From positions 74,307-138,306 of the forward strand of contig JAENVS010000011.1 in assembly GCA_016650445.1 (NCBI GenBank): DNA of 64,000 nt. The letters are read 5' to 3'. Every line of letters begins with the position of its first letter. The first letter of the stretch is position 1. This stretch comes from Frankiaceae bacterium (GTDB lineage: Bacteria > Actinomycetota > Actinomycetes > Mycobacteriales > SCTD01). Shown piece after piece: positions 1 through 9,600 of the stretch. The notes beneath the pieces were generated by a model. It was given only the letters and a program-made list of their open reading frames with translations. It was not told the origin of the DNA and did no database searches. The translations under genes were made by a program, and so were the position numbers.

Positions 1-1
1 G

Positions 2-826
2 CTGGCCTACGTCGTCCAGGCCGCCGTCTCGATCGACCAGGTGCCGCTCCTCACCGTGCTGTTCGTCTCTGCGGGGGCGGTTGTCGCGTTGGCGGGCGCG
101 GAGGCCCGCGAGCTGCGCCTGCCCGGCGCGCTTCGCCCGGTCGAGGCCACCGGTCGGCGCCGTGGTGGACCGCCGCCACAGCGAGCGTGGTCAGCGGCCG
201 ACACCGCGATCGCGAGCGCCGTCGCAGTGGGCTGCCTGATGGCGCTGTGGTTCGCCTTGCTGCCCATGCGGGCGAGCGCCGCCGCGCGCAACGGGGACGA
301 GGCGCTGGCCGGCCGCGACGGCAACACGGCGCTGGCGGCGTACCAAAAGGCCACCCGACTGCTCCCCGGCGTCGGCCAGTACTGGGAGAAGACGGCATCC
401 CTGCTGGAGGCAGTCCAGCAACCGGCCATGGCCCTCGATGCCTATCGCCGCGGCACGAAGCACGACCCCTACGACGTCCCCCTTCTCGTGTCGGGGGCCA
501 AGCTGGCCGGGACCCAGCAGGACGAGGCGCTCCAGGGCCGGCTGCTGCACCGGGCGCTCCGGCTCGACCCCACCGACGCGTCGATCGTGCTTGACGCCGC
601 GGCCTACGACGCCGGGCACGGCGACCTCGCCGGGGCCGGCGCAGCCCTGGACCGATGCCTGCGCGCGCTGCCGGACAACGCGGATCTGTGGGCGGCGCGG
701 GGTCAGGTCCACGCAGCGGGCAGGGACGACGCCAAGGCCCGGCAGGCCTTCGAGCGCGCGCTGGCCCTCACCCCCGACCATCCGGTCGCCACGGCCGGGC
801 TCAAGGCGCTCGACAGCCGCGCCTGA
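2..826 (+). CDS. TPR-repeat membrane-associated protein, C-terminal part (5'-partial at window edge)
   Basis: Frame of listed ORF 41..826 stays open back to nt 2. Hydrophobic segments are followed by TPR-like repeats (AAYQKATRLLPGVGQYW, ALDAYRRGTKHDP, AKARQAFERALALTPDHP). Confidence 0.6.
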   Translation: MAYVVQAAVSIDQVPLLTVLFVSAGAVVALAGAEARELRLPGALRPVEATGRRRGGPPPQRAWSAADTAIASAVAVGCLMALWFALLPMRASAAARNGDEALAGRDGNTALAAYQKATRLLPGVGQYWEKTASLLEAVQQPAMALDAYRRGTKHDPYDVPLLVSGAKLAGTQQDEALQGRLLHRALRLDPTDASIVLDAAAYDAGHGDLAGAGAALDRCLRALPDNADLWAARGQVHAAGRDDAKARQAFERALALTPDHPVATAGLKALDSRA

Positions 827-876
827 CAGGGCAACGCGAAGAGCCGGCCCGGCTCTCGGACCGGCCCTTCGTGGCT

Positions 877-1317
877 CTACACCCTCGCGCTGACCGGCGA
901 CTGCTCGGGCAGCACGATCTGCGCGGGGCCGAAGAACTCGTCGACGGCGTACGCGTCCTCGGCGTACCACCAGCACTCGGCGACCTGACCGGCCGCGTTG
1001 GCTTGCCCGATCTCGACCATCCGGGTCTCGAGCTTTGTGCCGTTGCGGCGGCCGTGCAGGGTGACGATGCAGGTGGCCAGACCGGCCTCGGTCTCGCCGA
1101 TGTCCGTCAGCGTCGCGGAGAACGTGCCGTCGGTGAGCTCGTAGAGCTTGGCGAAGTAGCCGAGGATCTGCTCCTGGCCGACGTAGTCGCCCGTGAGCTG
1201 GCTGCGGCCGCCGACGTGCCAGATGCAGTCCGGCGCGATCAGCTCGGTCAGCGTGGCGATGTCACCTTCGCCGAAGGCGGCGTACGCGCGCTTGGTGTTG
1301 TCGATGTTGACGCTCAT
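877..1317 (-). CDS. SnoaL-like / NTF2-fold family protein
   Basis: ORF 877..1359 trimmed to Met15 (ATG at 1317), which is preceded by AGGAGG. Small alpha+beta barrel-type sequence (APDCIWHVGG, TDGTFSATLTDIGETE). Confidence 0.7.
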   Translation of the reverse strand: MSVNIDNTKRAYAAFGEGDIATLTELIAPDCIWHVGGRSQLTGDYVGQEQILGYFAKLYELTDGTFSATLTDIGETEAGLATCIVTLHGRRNGTKLETRMVEIGQANAAGQVAECWWYAEDAYAVDEFFGPAQIVLPEQSPVSARV

Positions 1318-1384
1318 GAGACCTCCTATGTCGATGCCTCGGATGCTAGAACCGCCCAACCCGCTCGCCCATGGCCCGACGGGG

Positions 1385-2440
1385 CTAGCCCGTCAGATAC
1401 CGCCGCAAGACGTCCGTGCAGCGGGTGATCCGGTCGATCTCGACCGATTCCTCGCGGGTGTGCGCGAGGTTGGGGTCGCCCGGCCCGAAGTTCACGGCCG
1501 GGATGCCGAGCGCTGCGAAGCGCGCCACGTCGGTCCAGCCGTACTTCGCGACCGGTTTCTCGCCGACGGCGTCGATGAAGTGCGCGGCCGCCGGCGCGCT
1601 CAGCCCGGGCAGGGCCCCCGGTGCGCTGTCCACGAGTACGACGTCGTACGGCGCAAGCACGTCGCGCACGTGGTCGAGCGCCTGCGCCTCGGAGCGGTCG
1701 GGCGCGAAGCGGAAGTTCACGACGACGGTGCACAGGTCGGGGACGACGTTGCCCGCCACGCCGCCGGTAACCGAGACGGCGTTGAGCCCCTCGCGATAGA
1801 CGCATCCGTCGATGTCGACCTCGCGCGCGTCGTACCGAACCAGGGTGGTGAGCAGCGGAGCCGCGGCGTGGATGGCGTTCTCACCCAGCCAGCCGCGGGC
1901 GCTGTGCGCGCGTCGCCCCGGGATGCTCACCGACACCCGCAGCGTCCCCTGGCAACCGGCCTCGACCTGTCCGCTCGTCGGCTCCATGAGGATCGCGAGG
2001 TCGGCGTCGAGCCACTCGCGTCGCGTGGCGGCGATGCGGTTGAGTCCGTTGCGCTCCGCCTCCACCTCCTCGTTGTCGTAGAGGACGTACGTCACGTCGT
2101 ACGACGGCTCGGCCAGCGTTGCCGCCAGATGCAGCAGCACGGCGTCGCCCGACTTCATGTCGCTCGTGCCGCAGCCGAACAGGCGCCCGCCCTCGCGACG
2201 CGACGGCACGTTGTCGGCCGTGGGCACGGTGTCGAGGTGCCCGGCGATCAGGACGCGCCGGTCTCGTCCGAGCTCGGTGCGCGCGACGACGACGTTGCCG
2301 TCCCGCTGCACATCAAGTGCGGTCGTGCGCAGCGCGGTCTCGACGAGATCGGTGATGACCTGCTCGTTGCCCGAGACGCTCTCGACGTCGACCAGCGCCG
2401 CCGTGAGGTCGATCGGGTCGGCGGTGAGGTCGAGCGTCAC
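1385..2440 (-). CDS. dapE: succinyl-diaminopimelate desuccinylase (M20 peptidase family)
   Basis: Motifs [32 protein letters not shown]. Start set at GTG 2440, which overlaps the upstream PIN gene stop (GTGA). Located next to dapD. Confidence 0.85.
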   Translation of the reverse strand: MTLDLTADPIDLTAALVDVESVSGNEQVITDLVETALRTTALDVQRDGNVVVARTELGRDRRVLIAGHLDTVPTADNVPSRREGGRLFGCGTSDMKSGDAVLLHLAATLAEPSYDVTYVLYDNEEVEAERNGLNRIAATRREWLDADLAILMEPTSGQVEAGCQGTLRVSVSIPGRRAHSARGWLGENAIHAAAPLLTTLVRYDAREVDIDGCVYREGLNAVSVTGGVAGNVVPDLCTVVVNFRFAPDRSEAQALDHVRDVLAPYDVVLVDSAPGALPGLSAPAAAHFIDAVGEKPVAKYGWTDVARFAALGIPAVNFGPGDPNLAHTREESVEIDRITRCTDVLRRYLTG

Positions 2441-2814
2441 AGGATCATCAGCCTGAGGCTTGGGTCGAGAGCCGTCATGTCGGCGGGGTCCGATGTCACC
2501 ACCGTGTCGTGGTGCCGCCGCGCGCACACGACGACAGCAGCGTCGACGACATCTGACCTGTCACTCAGGCCCAGCAACACGCCAGCGGCCCGGGCTTCAT
2601 GCTGCTCGAACGGGACGACCTCGGTGAGGCGCAGCTTGATGAGCCGGCTCAGCGCGGCCTGGCGTCGCCCGTCCCGGAAGACCTGGGCCAGGACCGGCGC
2701 AGGTATACGGACCTGCAGCCCCTCAGCACGCGCCGTGTCCAGGAGCGCGTGCATCCTTGCCGACTGATTGTCGAGCCCGATGAGGGCGCCGGCGTCCAGC
2801 GTGAGCCCCTTCAC
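2437..2814 (-). CDS. vapC: PIN-domain toxin (VapC-like)
   Basis: 125 aa with PIN acidic residues ([29 protein letters not shown]). GTG start overlaps the upstream antitoxin stop (GTGA at 2811-2814). Confidence 0.8.
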   Translation of the reverse strand: MKGLTLDAGALIGLDNQSARMHALLDTARAEGLQVRIPAPVLAQVFRDGRRQAALSRLIKLRLTEVVPFEQHEARAAGVLLGLSDRSDVVDAAVVVCARRHHDTVVTSDPADMTALDPSLRLMIL

Positions 2815-3038
2815 GAGCCGTCAAGTGCCTGCTTGGCCCACGCGTAGTCCTCGGGAGACGGGCGCCCGTGGACGGCGATCAAATCGGCAACGAACGCCTC
2901 GAGCGTGTCCTCCTGCATGGCCTGCCGCACGGCGATGGACACCATGTGGGAGACCGACGTCGCGTGCTTCTCCCGGACTGACTGCTGCAGAAAGGCCACC
3001 TGCTCGTCGGGAAGGCTCACCGTGATCCGTGCCGTCAT
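2811..3038 (-). CDS. vapB: ribbon-helix-helix antitoxin (VapB/CopG-like)
   Basis: Starts MTARITVSLPDEQVAFLQQ (beta strand then helices typical of RHH). 75 aa, directly upstream of and overlapping the PIN gene. Confidence 0.7.
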   Translation of the reverse strand: MTARITVSLPDEQVAFLQQSVREKHATSVSHMVSIAVRQAMQEDTLEAFVADLIAVHGRPSPEDYAWAKQALDGS

Positions 3039-3184
3039 ACTTTGATCATACTGCACGTTGGCAACTCTCTTTCGCCAGCCGCAGGTGCGGTGCCCCGAGT
3101 CTGTGGCTTGCCGCAGTCGCGCGAACGCGCATGGGCACGACTGTGGATGACTGCAGGAAGGCTGTGCGTCCTTAGGCTGGGCGC

Positions 3185-4117
3185 ATGACCTCCGCGACCC
3201 GCTCCGCCTGGGGCGTCGGCCTTGCCACGCTCACCCGCGACGGCCAGATCCTCGACACCTGGTACCCGGAGCCCCAGCTCGGACAGCCGGACGGCTCCCC
3301 GGCTCCCCACGGCCTGGCGCAGCTGAGCGGTGAGGACGAGGCACGGCAGGTACGCCGCGAGGTCGTGGAGCGGAGCATCGATCTCGACACCCCACCCGCC
3401 GATGCGCCCGACGCCTACCTGCGGCTGCACCTGCTCTCCCACCGGCTGGTCGCGCCCCACGGCTGCGATCTCACCGGGCTGTTCGGGATCCTCGCCAACG
3501 TCGTGTGGACCAGCGCAGGCCCGTGCGCCGTCGAGGGCTTCGAGGCGACGAGGGGACGACTGCTCGCGGCACGTGGTGCGGTGTCGGTGCTGGGCGTCGA
3601 CAAGTTCCCGCGGATGGTCGACTACGTGCTGCCGACCGGGGTGCGCATCGCCGACGCCGACCGGGTGCGACTCGGGGCCCACCTGGCGCCGGGCACGACG
3701 GTCATGCACGAGGGCTTCGTCAACTTCAACGCCGGGACGCTCGGCACGTCGATGGTCGAGGGACGCATCAGCGCGGGAGTGGTCGTCGACGACGGCAGCG
3801 ACATCGGTGGTGGCGCCTCGGTGATGGGCACGCTGTCCGGGGGTGGCACGGAGGTCATCCGCATCGGCAAGCGCTGCCTGGTCGGCGCCAACGGCGGCAC
3901 CGGGATCAGCCTCGGCGACGACTGCGTCATCGAGGCGGGCTGCTACGTCACCGCGGGGACGAAGGTCACCCTCGACGACGGACGGGTCGTGAAGGGCCGC
4001 GACCTGTCCGGCTCCTCCGGGCTGCTCTACCTGCGCGACTCCGTCACGGGTGCGATCCGCGCGACCGCGCGGGCGGGGAAGACCGTCGAGCTCAACGCCG
4101 CGCTGCACGCCAACTGA
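3185..4117 (+). CDS. dapD: 2,3,4,5-tetrahydropyridine-2,6-dicarboxylate N-succinyltransferase
   Basis: Near full-length resemblance to actinobacterial DapD ([45 protein letters not shown], hexapeptide repeats, ...LNAALHAN end). Confidence 0.92.
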   Translation: MTSATRSAWGVGLATLTRDGQILDTWYPEPQLGQPDGSPAPHGLAQLSGEDEARQVRREVVERSIDLDTPPADAPDAYLRLHLLSHRLVAPHGCDLTGLFGILANVVWTSAGPCAVEGFEATRGRLLAARGAVSVLGVDKFPRMVDYVLPTGVRIADADRVRLGAHLAPGTTVMHEGFVNFNAGTLGTSMVEGRISAGVVVDDGSDIGGGASVMGTLSGGGTEVIRIGKRCLVGANGGTGISLGDDCVIEAGCYVTAGTKVTLDDGRVVKGRDLSGSSGLLYLRDSVTGAIRATARAGKTVELNAALHAN

Positions 4118-4121
4118 GAGC

Positions 4122-5225
4122 TCAGCCGGACAGCCGGGCCGCCGCTGCGTCGATGCGCTCGTCGGTCGCGGTCAGCGCCATCCGGACGTGGCGCACACCC
4201 GCGTCGCCGTAGAAGGCGCCGGGAGCGGCGAGGATGCCGAGCGACGCCAGCGCCTCGACGGTGTCCCAGCACGGCTCGTCGCGTGTGCACCACAGGTACA
4301 GCCCTGCCTCGGAGTGCTCGATGCGGAAGCCCGCGGACAGCACCGCCGGCATGAGCCGGGCGCGGCGGTCGGCGTACCGCTTCTTCTGCTCTGCGACGTG
4401 CCCGTCGTCGTGAAACGCCGCGACGAGTGCTGCCTGCACCGGTCCCGGGACGAGCAGCCCGATGTGCTTGCGCGCTTCGATGACGGCCGCCACCGCCGCG
4501 GTGTCGCCCGCCGCAAACCCCGCGCGATAGCCGGCCAGGTTGCTGCGCTTGGACAGCGAGTGAAGCGCGAGCACGCCGTCCACCGTGTCGCCGCAGACGG
4601 ACGGGTGCAGGACGCTGACCGGCTCCACGTCCCAGCCGAGCTCGACGTAGCACTCGTCGGAGGCGACCAGGATGCCGTGCGATCGCGCCCACCCGACGAT
4701 GCGCGCGAGCTCCTCAGCTGTGGTCACGGCACCCGTCGGGTTCGACGGCGAGTTGAGCCACACCAAGCCGACCCCGCGAGGGTCGACCGACGTCGGGTCG
4801 TCGACCGGCACCGGCACGCAGCCGGCGAGGCGGGCACCCACGTCGTACGTCGGGTACGCCAACGCCGGGATGAGCACCTTCACGCCCGGCTCGAGGCCGA
4901 GCAGCGACGGCAGCAGCGACACGAGCTCCTTGCTGCCGATGGACGGCACCACCTGCTGCTCGGTGACGGTCGCGCCCAGGCGATGCGCGAGCCAGCCGAC
5001 GATGGCGGCGCGGACTGCCGGCGTACCGATCGTGAGCGGGTAGCCGGGTGCATTCGACGCGGCGCGCAGCGCGTCCTGCACCACCTGCGGCGTCGCGTCC
5101 ACCGGCGTACCGATGGACAGGTCGACGATCCCGTCAGGATGTGCGCGGGCCTTCTCGCCGTACGGCGCGAGCCGGTCCCAGGGGAACTCCGGGAGAGCCG
5201 CGCGGGCGGCCCATCCCGGCCGCAT
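4122..5225 (-). CDS. dapC: N-succinyldiaminopimelate aminotransferase-like class I aminotransferase
   Basis: ORF 4122..5510 trimmed to Met96. Starts MRPGW...LPEFPWDRLAPYGEKARAHPDGIVDLSIGTPVD, typical of DapC. Sits between dapD and fdxA. Confidence 0.8.
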   Translation of the reverse strand: MRPGWAARAALPEFPWDRLAPYGEKARAHPDGIVDLSIGTPVDATPQVVQDALRAASNAPGYPLTIGTPAVRAAIVGWLAHRLGATVTEQQVVPSIGSKELVSLLPSLLGLEPGVKVLIPALAYPTYDVGARLAGCVPVPVDDPTSVDPRGVGLVWLNSPSNPTGAVTTAEELARIVGWARSHGILVASDECYVELGWDVEPVSVLHPSVCGDTVDGVLALHSLSKRSNLAGYRAGFAAGDTAAVAAVIEARKHIGLLVPGPVQAALVAAFHDDGHVAEQKKRYADRRARLMPAVLSAGFRIEHSEAGLYLWCTRDEPCWDTVEALASLGILAAPGAFYGDAGVRHVRMALTATDERIDAAAARLSG

Positions 5226-5227
5226 GC

Positions 5228-5569
5228 CTAGAGGCCCTCGGTGTTCTTGCCGAGCGGGACGGCCATGATCACGGGGTGGTCGACGTCGACCGGACCGACC
5301 TTGCTGGCGCCACCGGGTGAGCCGATCTTCGTCGTCTCGGTGAAGAAGTCGACGTTGGCCCGGTAGTAGTCCTTCCACTGCGTCGGGGTGTCGTCCTCGT
5401 AGAAGATCGCCTCGACCGGGCAGACCGGCTCGCACGCACCGCAGTCGACGCACTCGTCGGGGTGGATGTACAGCGATCGCTTGCCCTCGTAGATGCAGTC
5501 GACCGGGCACTCCTCGATGCAGGCCTTGTCCTTGAGGTCGACACAGGGCTCGGCGATGACGTAGGTCAC
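5228..5569 (-). CDS. fdxA: 7Fe ferredoxin
   Basis: GTG start, then TYVIAEPCVDLKDKACIEECPVDCIYEG...HPDECVDCGACEPVCPVEAIFYEDD (3Fe-4S plus 4Fe-4S cysteine motifs). Confidence 0.9.
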   Translation of the reverse strand: MTYVIAEPCVDLKDKACIEECPVDCIYEGKRSLYIHPDECVDCGACEPVCPVEAIFYEDDTPTQWKDYYRANVDFFTETTKIGSPGGASKVGPVDVDHPVIMAVPLGKNTEGL

Positions 5570-5638
5570 GTCAGGGTGTCCTTCCGGTGTTGCTTCGGCG
5601 GTGCCTAGAAGTGTGACTGCCCCTCTAGTGTCGCTGAT

Positions 5639-5896
5639 GTGAGCGGGGACGAGCCAGTCGGGGTGCGCTACGCGCGCGAGGTCGGCCCCGGCGATGCCGG
5701 CGTACGCATCTCGTTGCGGCGGCGGTATCCGGACGGGCAGCTCGGTGACGTCCTCGGGGTGCTGGAGTCGTGGGCGGACGGCGTCGTGACCGTGGTTCGG
5801 GCATCGGGCGAGCGGGTGGTTCTGGCAGAGGGCGACGTGCTCGCGACCCGGCGGATCCCTCCCCCACCGGTACGCCGGACGCCGGGATCGCCGTGA
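5639..5896 (+). CDS. small conserved hypothetical protein (SH3-like, resembles the N-terminus of Rv0428c-type acetyltransferases)
   Basis: 85 aa with high GC3. Pattern GVRISLRRRYPDGQLGDVLGVLESWADGVVTVVRASGERVVL. Its stop overlaps the next gene's start (GTGA at 5893-5896). Confidence 0.5.
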   Translation: MSGDEPVGVRYAREVGPGDAGVRISLRRRYPDGQLGDVLGVLESWADGVVTVVRASGERVVLAEGDVLATRRIPPPPVRRTPGSP

Positions 5897-6633
5897 CCGG
5901 TGCGTCACGCGCCCGGTTCGCAGAGGTCGTGCGGTCCGAGCCGGTCGACGTCGGCCTGGCCGCCTTGCTCATCGGCGCTGAGGTCGAGCCCACCCTTGAC
6001 GTCGACGAGTTCCTTGCCGTGCTCGACGGCCTCGCGGCCTCGGCGGATCCCCGGGACGTTGCGGGGCTCCGGCAGGCGCTCAGCGGGTACGGCGGGTCGG
6101 AGGACGACTTCGAGGACCTGCGCTCGTCCCTGCTGACCGAGGTGCTGCGGCGCCGGCGCGGGCTGCCGCTGCTGCTCTCGATCGTCTGGGTCGAGGTGGC
6201 GGCGCGGCTCTCGCTGTCGGCGTCGTACGCGATGGTCCCGGGGCGGATCGTGGTCGTGCTCGGCGACGTGGAGGACGAGCACGTCGTGGTCGACCCGTTC
6301 ACCGGCCGTGTCCTCGACGCGGTGGTGGAGCCAGTCGGCCCGCACGAGCTGCTGCTGCGGCTGCTGACCAACATCCGGGCACTGACCGCGCGACAGCCGC
6401 GGTCGCTCGACGCAGCACGCACGCGGCTGTGGGCGGTCGAGCTGTCACTGCTGGTGCCCACGCATCCCCTGGAGCTGCGGCGCGAGCGCGGGGAGCTGAT
6501 GGTGCGGCTCGGTGCGCACATCGAGGGGGCCGCCGAGCTCGAGACCTACGCGGGCCTCGTCGACGACGTCGACGAGGCGGTCGCAGCGGACTGCCGCCGC
6601 GAGGCCCGGCAGGCCCGGGCGCGGTTGAACTGA
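5893..6633 (+). CDS. transglutaminase-like / SirB1-N-terminal (UPF0162-type) family protein
   Basis: ORF 5770..6633 trimmed to GTG 5893. Contains LAALLIGAEVEPTLDVDEFLAVLDGLA... and RRRRGLPLLLSIVWVEVAARL, characteristic of the family. Confidence 0.6.
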   Translation: MTGASRARFAEVVRSEPVDVGLAALLIGAEVEPTLDVDEFLAVLDGLAASADPRDVAGLRQALSGYGGSEDDFEDLRSSLLTEVLRRRRGLPLLLSIVWVEVAARLSLSASYAMVPGRIVVVLGDVEDEHVVVDPFTGRVLDAVVEPVGPHELLLRLLTNIRALTARQPRSLDAARTRLWAVELSLLVPTHPLELRRERGELMVRLGAHIEGAAELETYAGLVDDVDEAVAADCRREARQARARLN

Positions 6634-6643
6634 CGGCCTGCCG

Positions 6644-9600
6644 CTACCGGATGGTGACGGTGATCGTGTTGCTCACACCGGCAGCGTTGTTCAAGGTCGG
6701 CGGCGTGCGGACCCGGAACCGGAACGTGCCGGTCCCGGTGAACGCCCGCGTCAGGCGGTAGATGCCAGTCGCGTCGGTGCGGAGGTTCGCGGTGCGGACC
6801 TCGGCGCCGTTGGCGTTCACGCGGTAGAGCGTGATCAACTGCCCGGCGATCCGCGGCAGGTTGCGCCCCTGGAACACGTAGGTGCGTGATGCGCTGCTCC
6901 GCGCCGCTCCGAGGCTCAACACCGTGCGGACGTTCACGACGACCGACGCCGACTGCCCGTCGCTGCCGTTCGTGTACTGGAGGAAGCAGCGCGTGTTACG
7001 GCCGAGGTTGAGTGTGAAGCTCACCGGGTTGCCGGCGCTGTCGAAGGCACCGCTGCGCGCCTCGGTGTAGGTCGTCGACGGCCGCGAGTAGCACTGCAGC
7101 GAGTACGCCTGGCTGGCGGCACCCGTCGCCGCCAGGGTGGCGGTGGTGCCGGCCGGGATGTTCGGCGTGAGCGCCTGCAGCGTGAGGCTCTGCCGCGGGC
7201 TGCTGCTCGGCGACGGGCTCACCGACGGGCTCGGGCTGACCGACGGGCTCGGGCTCGCCGACGGGCTCGGGCTCGCCGACGGACTGGACGAGGTCGTTGC
7301 GCCGGTCGTGCCACCGGTGGTGCCGCCTCCGCCGCCTCCGGACGACGCCGTCGGGCTGGCCGAGGGGCTCACCGTGGGCGACGCCGTCGGGCTCGTCGTC
7401 GGCGACGCCGTCGGGCTCGTCGTCGGAGAGGGCGACGGCGACGCGCTCGTCCCGTCGCGGGTCGTCGTTGTCGTTGCCGGCGAGCCGGTGTTGCCGGCAG
7501 CGTCGGTGGCGCGGGCCTGGACGGTCACCGTCCCGTCGGCGAGCGACGACAGGTCGAGCGCGCCGCTGAACGCTCCGCCTGAGCCGGCAACCGTCGATCC
7601 GGTGACCGGGTTGGCCGAACCGGGCGACGTGGCGGTGAACGCCAGCGTGGCTCCGGGCTCCGTCGTACCGGTGATGACGCTGGTCGGGGTGTCCGACGTG
7701 CTCGCCGTTGCTGCCAAGCCGCTGACCGACGGCGCGAGGGTGTCCTTCGTGACGGACTGAGCCGGGGACGAGGCCCCCGTGTTGCCCGGCACGTCCGTCG
7801 CCTTGGCGGAGGCCGACAGCGGCCCGTCGTCGAACTGGCTGACGTCAACCGTCGTCGCGTAGCTGCCGTCGCTGCCGGCTTGGGCGGTCTTCGTGACCGA
7901 CTCGGTCGTCGTCGTCGCCGGCGGGATCGGACCACCGCTGGTCACGGGCCCGCTGATGGTGACGGTGACGGTCGCGCCGCTCTCCGCCACGCCGCTCACC
8001 GGAAGGGCCGTCTGGTTGGTCGCTTTCGCGGGACCGGCGACGATCAGCGTCGGCGCGTCGGGGTTGGTCTGGTCGTTGTTCGACGTCGTCGTCGCAGTCG
8101 GGCCGGTGTTGCCGCGGGTGTCCGTCGGCACGGCGCCGAAGCTGATGACGCCGTCGGCCATACCGGTCAGGTCGAGCGGGGTGCTGAAGCTGCCAGAGCC
8201 CGGGACGGTGATGGTCACCGTGCGGGTCGCTGCGCCGCTGTCCGTCGCGGTGATCCGCACCGAGGAGCCGCCCTCTGTGCTGCCGGTGACGGTCGACGAC
8301 CGCTGCGAGCCGTTCGTGGGTGTCGCACCCAGACCGGTGATGGACGGCCCCACGGTGTCCTTGCTCGTCGTCGTCGACGCGTTGCTGCCCGGGTTTCCGG
8401 CCACATCGGTCGGCGTAGCCGTGACCGTGATCTGGCCGTCGCTGAGTGACGACAGGTCGACCTGCACGGAGAAGGCACCCGAGCCGGAGGCCGTGGCGGA
8501 TCCCGTGACGGTGAGGGTGCCGTCCGAGGCCTGCACGGCGACGTGCGAGCCCGGCTCGGTGGAACCCGTGACCGTCGTGCTGGGCGCGGACGTGCTGGTG
8601 CCTGTTGCCGCAAGACCCGTGACGGCCGGGGCAACCGTGTCCTTCTCCGTCGTACTGGGCAGTGAGGTCTGGCCGGTGACGCCAATGGTGTTCGTCTCCG
8701 TCGCCGTGGCGCTCAGCGTGCCGTCGGCGAAGGTCGTCGCGTCGAACGTGATGCTGAAGGCACCGGTCGTCGCATCTGCCGTCGCGCTCCTCGTCTGTGT
8801 CTCCACCGTCGGCGGCAGGGGCGCCGGCGGCTGGCTCTTCGCAAGGCCGCTGAGCGTGCCACTCACGGTGGAGCCGGGACCGGCGATGCCGGAGAGCACG
8901 ACCGCTGCCTGGTTCGCGATGTTGACCGGGTTCGTCAGGCCGGTGATGAGCGGGGCATCGGGCGCGGTGGCGTCGACCGTGAAGGTGAAGGAGTCAGTCC
9001 GGTGGTCGCCACCGGCCCGCGACTCGGTGACGTCAACGAGCACCGAGTAGGTGCCGCTGGGCAGGGGGGACGCGGGTGTGAACTGCACGGTGCGGTTGGC
9101 GTCGACGACGTACGTCGAACCGGTAACCGGGTTGTTGCCCGCATCCCGGACCAGCATCTGCGCGCTGCCGGAGACGAGATCCTCGTCGTACGTCGCCCTT
9201 ACCTTGGTGCCCGGCCCAGCGGTTCCGGACGGGGAGGTCGACACGAGCTGCAGGTCGTGGGCGTCGTGGTCGGCCGTGGTCGACATGGCCGGGCCGGAGT
9301 TGCCGGCCGCGCTCGTGGGCCGGGCGGTGAAGGTGATCAGCCCGTCCGCGAACGAGCTCGTGTCCAGCGGGATGCTGAACGTCCCGTTGGACGTGCCTGT
9401 CTGGGTCACCGGCGCCGCGCTGCCCTGTGTGGCCGTGATCTCGATCGTGGACCCGTTGGGGGCGGAACCGGTGATCGTGGCGGTCGGCGTCGCACTGGTC
9501 GTGCTCGTGGCCCGCAGGTTGCTGACCGACGGTCCGGCCGTGTCCTTCGTGCTCGTCATTGTCGGGCTGGCGGAGCCGGTGTTGTCGGACCCGTCCTTCG

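Noticed and set aside
4122-5510. N-terminal extensions of track ORFs (dapC 462 aa, fdxA 226 aa, mshB 371 aa, typA 720 aa, ispH 564 aa, DUF4245 453 aa, phoH2 511 aa, and others)
   Set aside because: The extensions run through neighbouring genes or intergenic DNA, lack family similarity and are Arg-rich. Internal Met/Val starts coincide with conserved protein N-termini, RBS-like sequences or stop/start overlaps.
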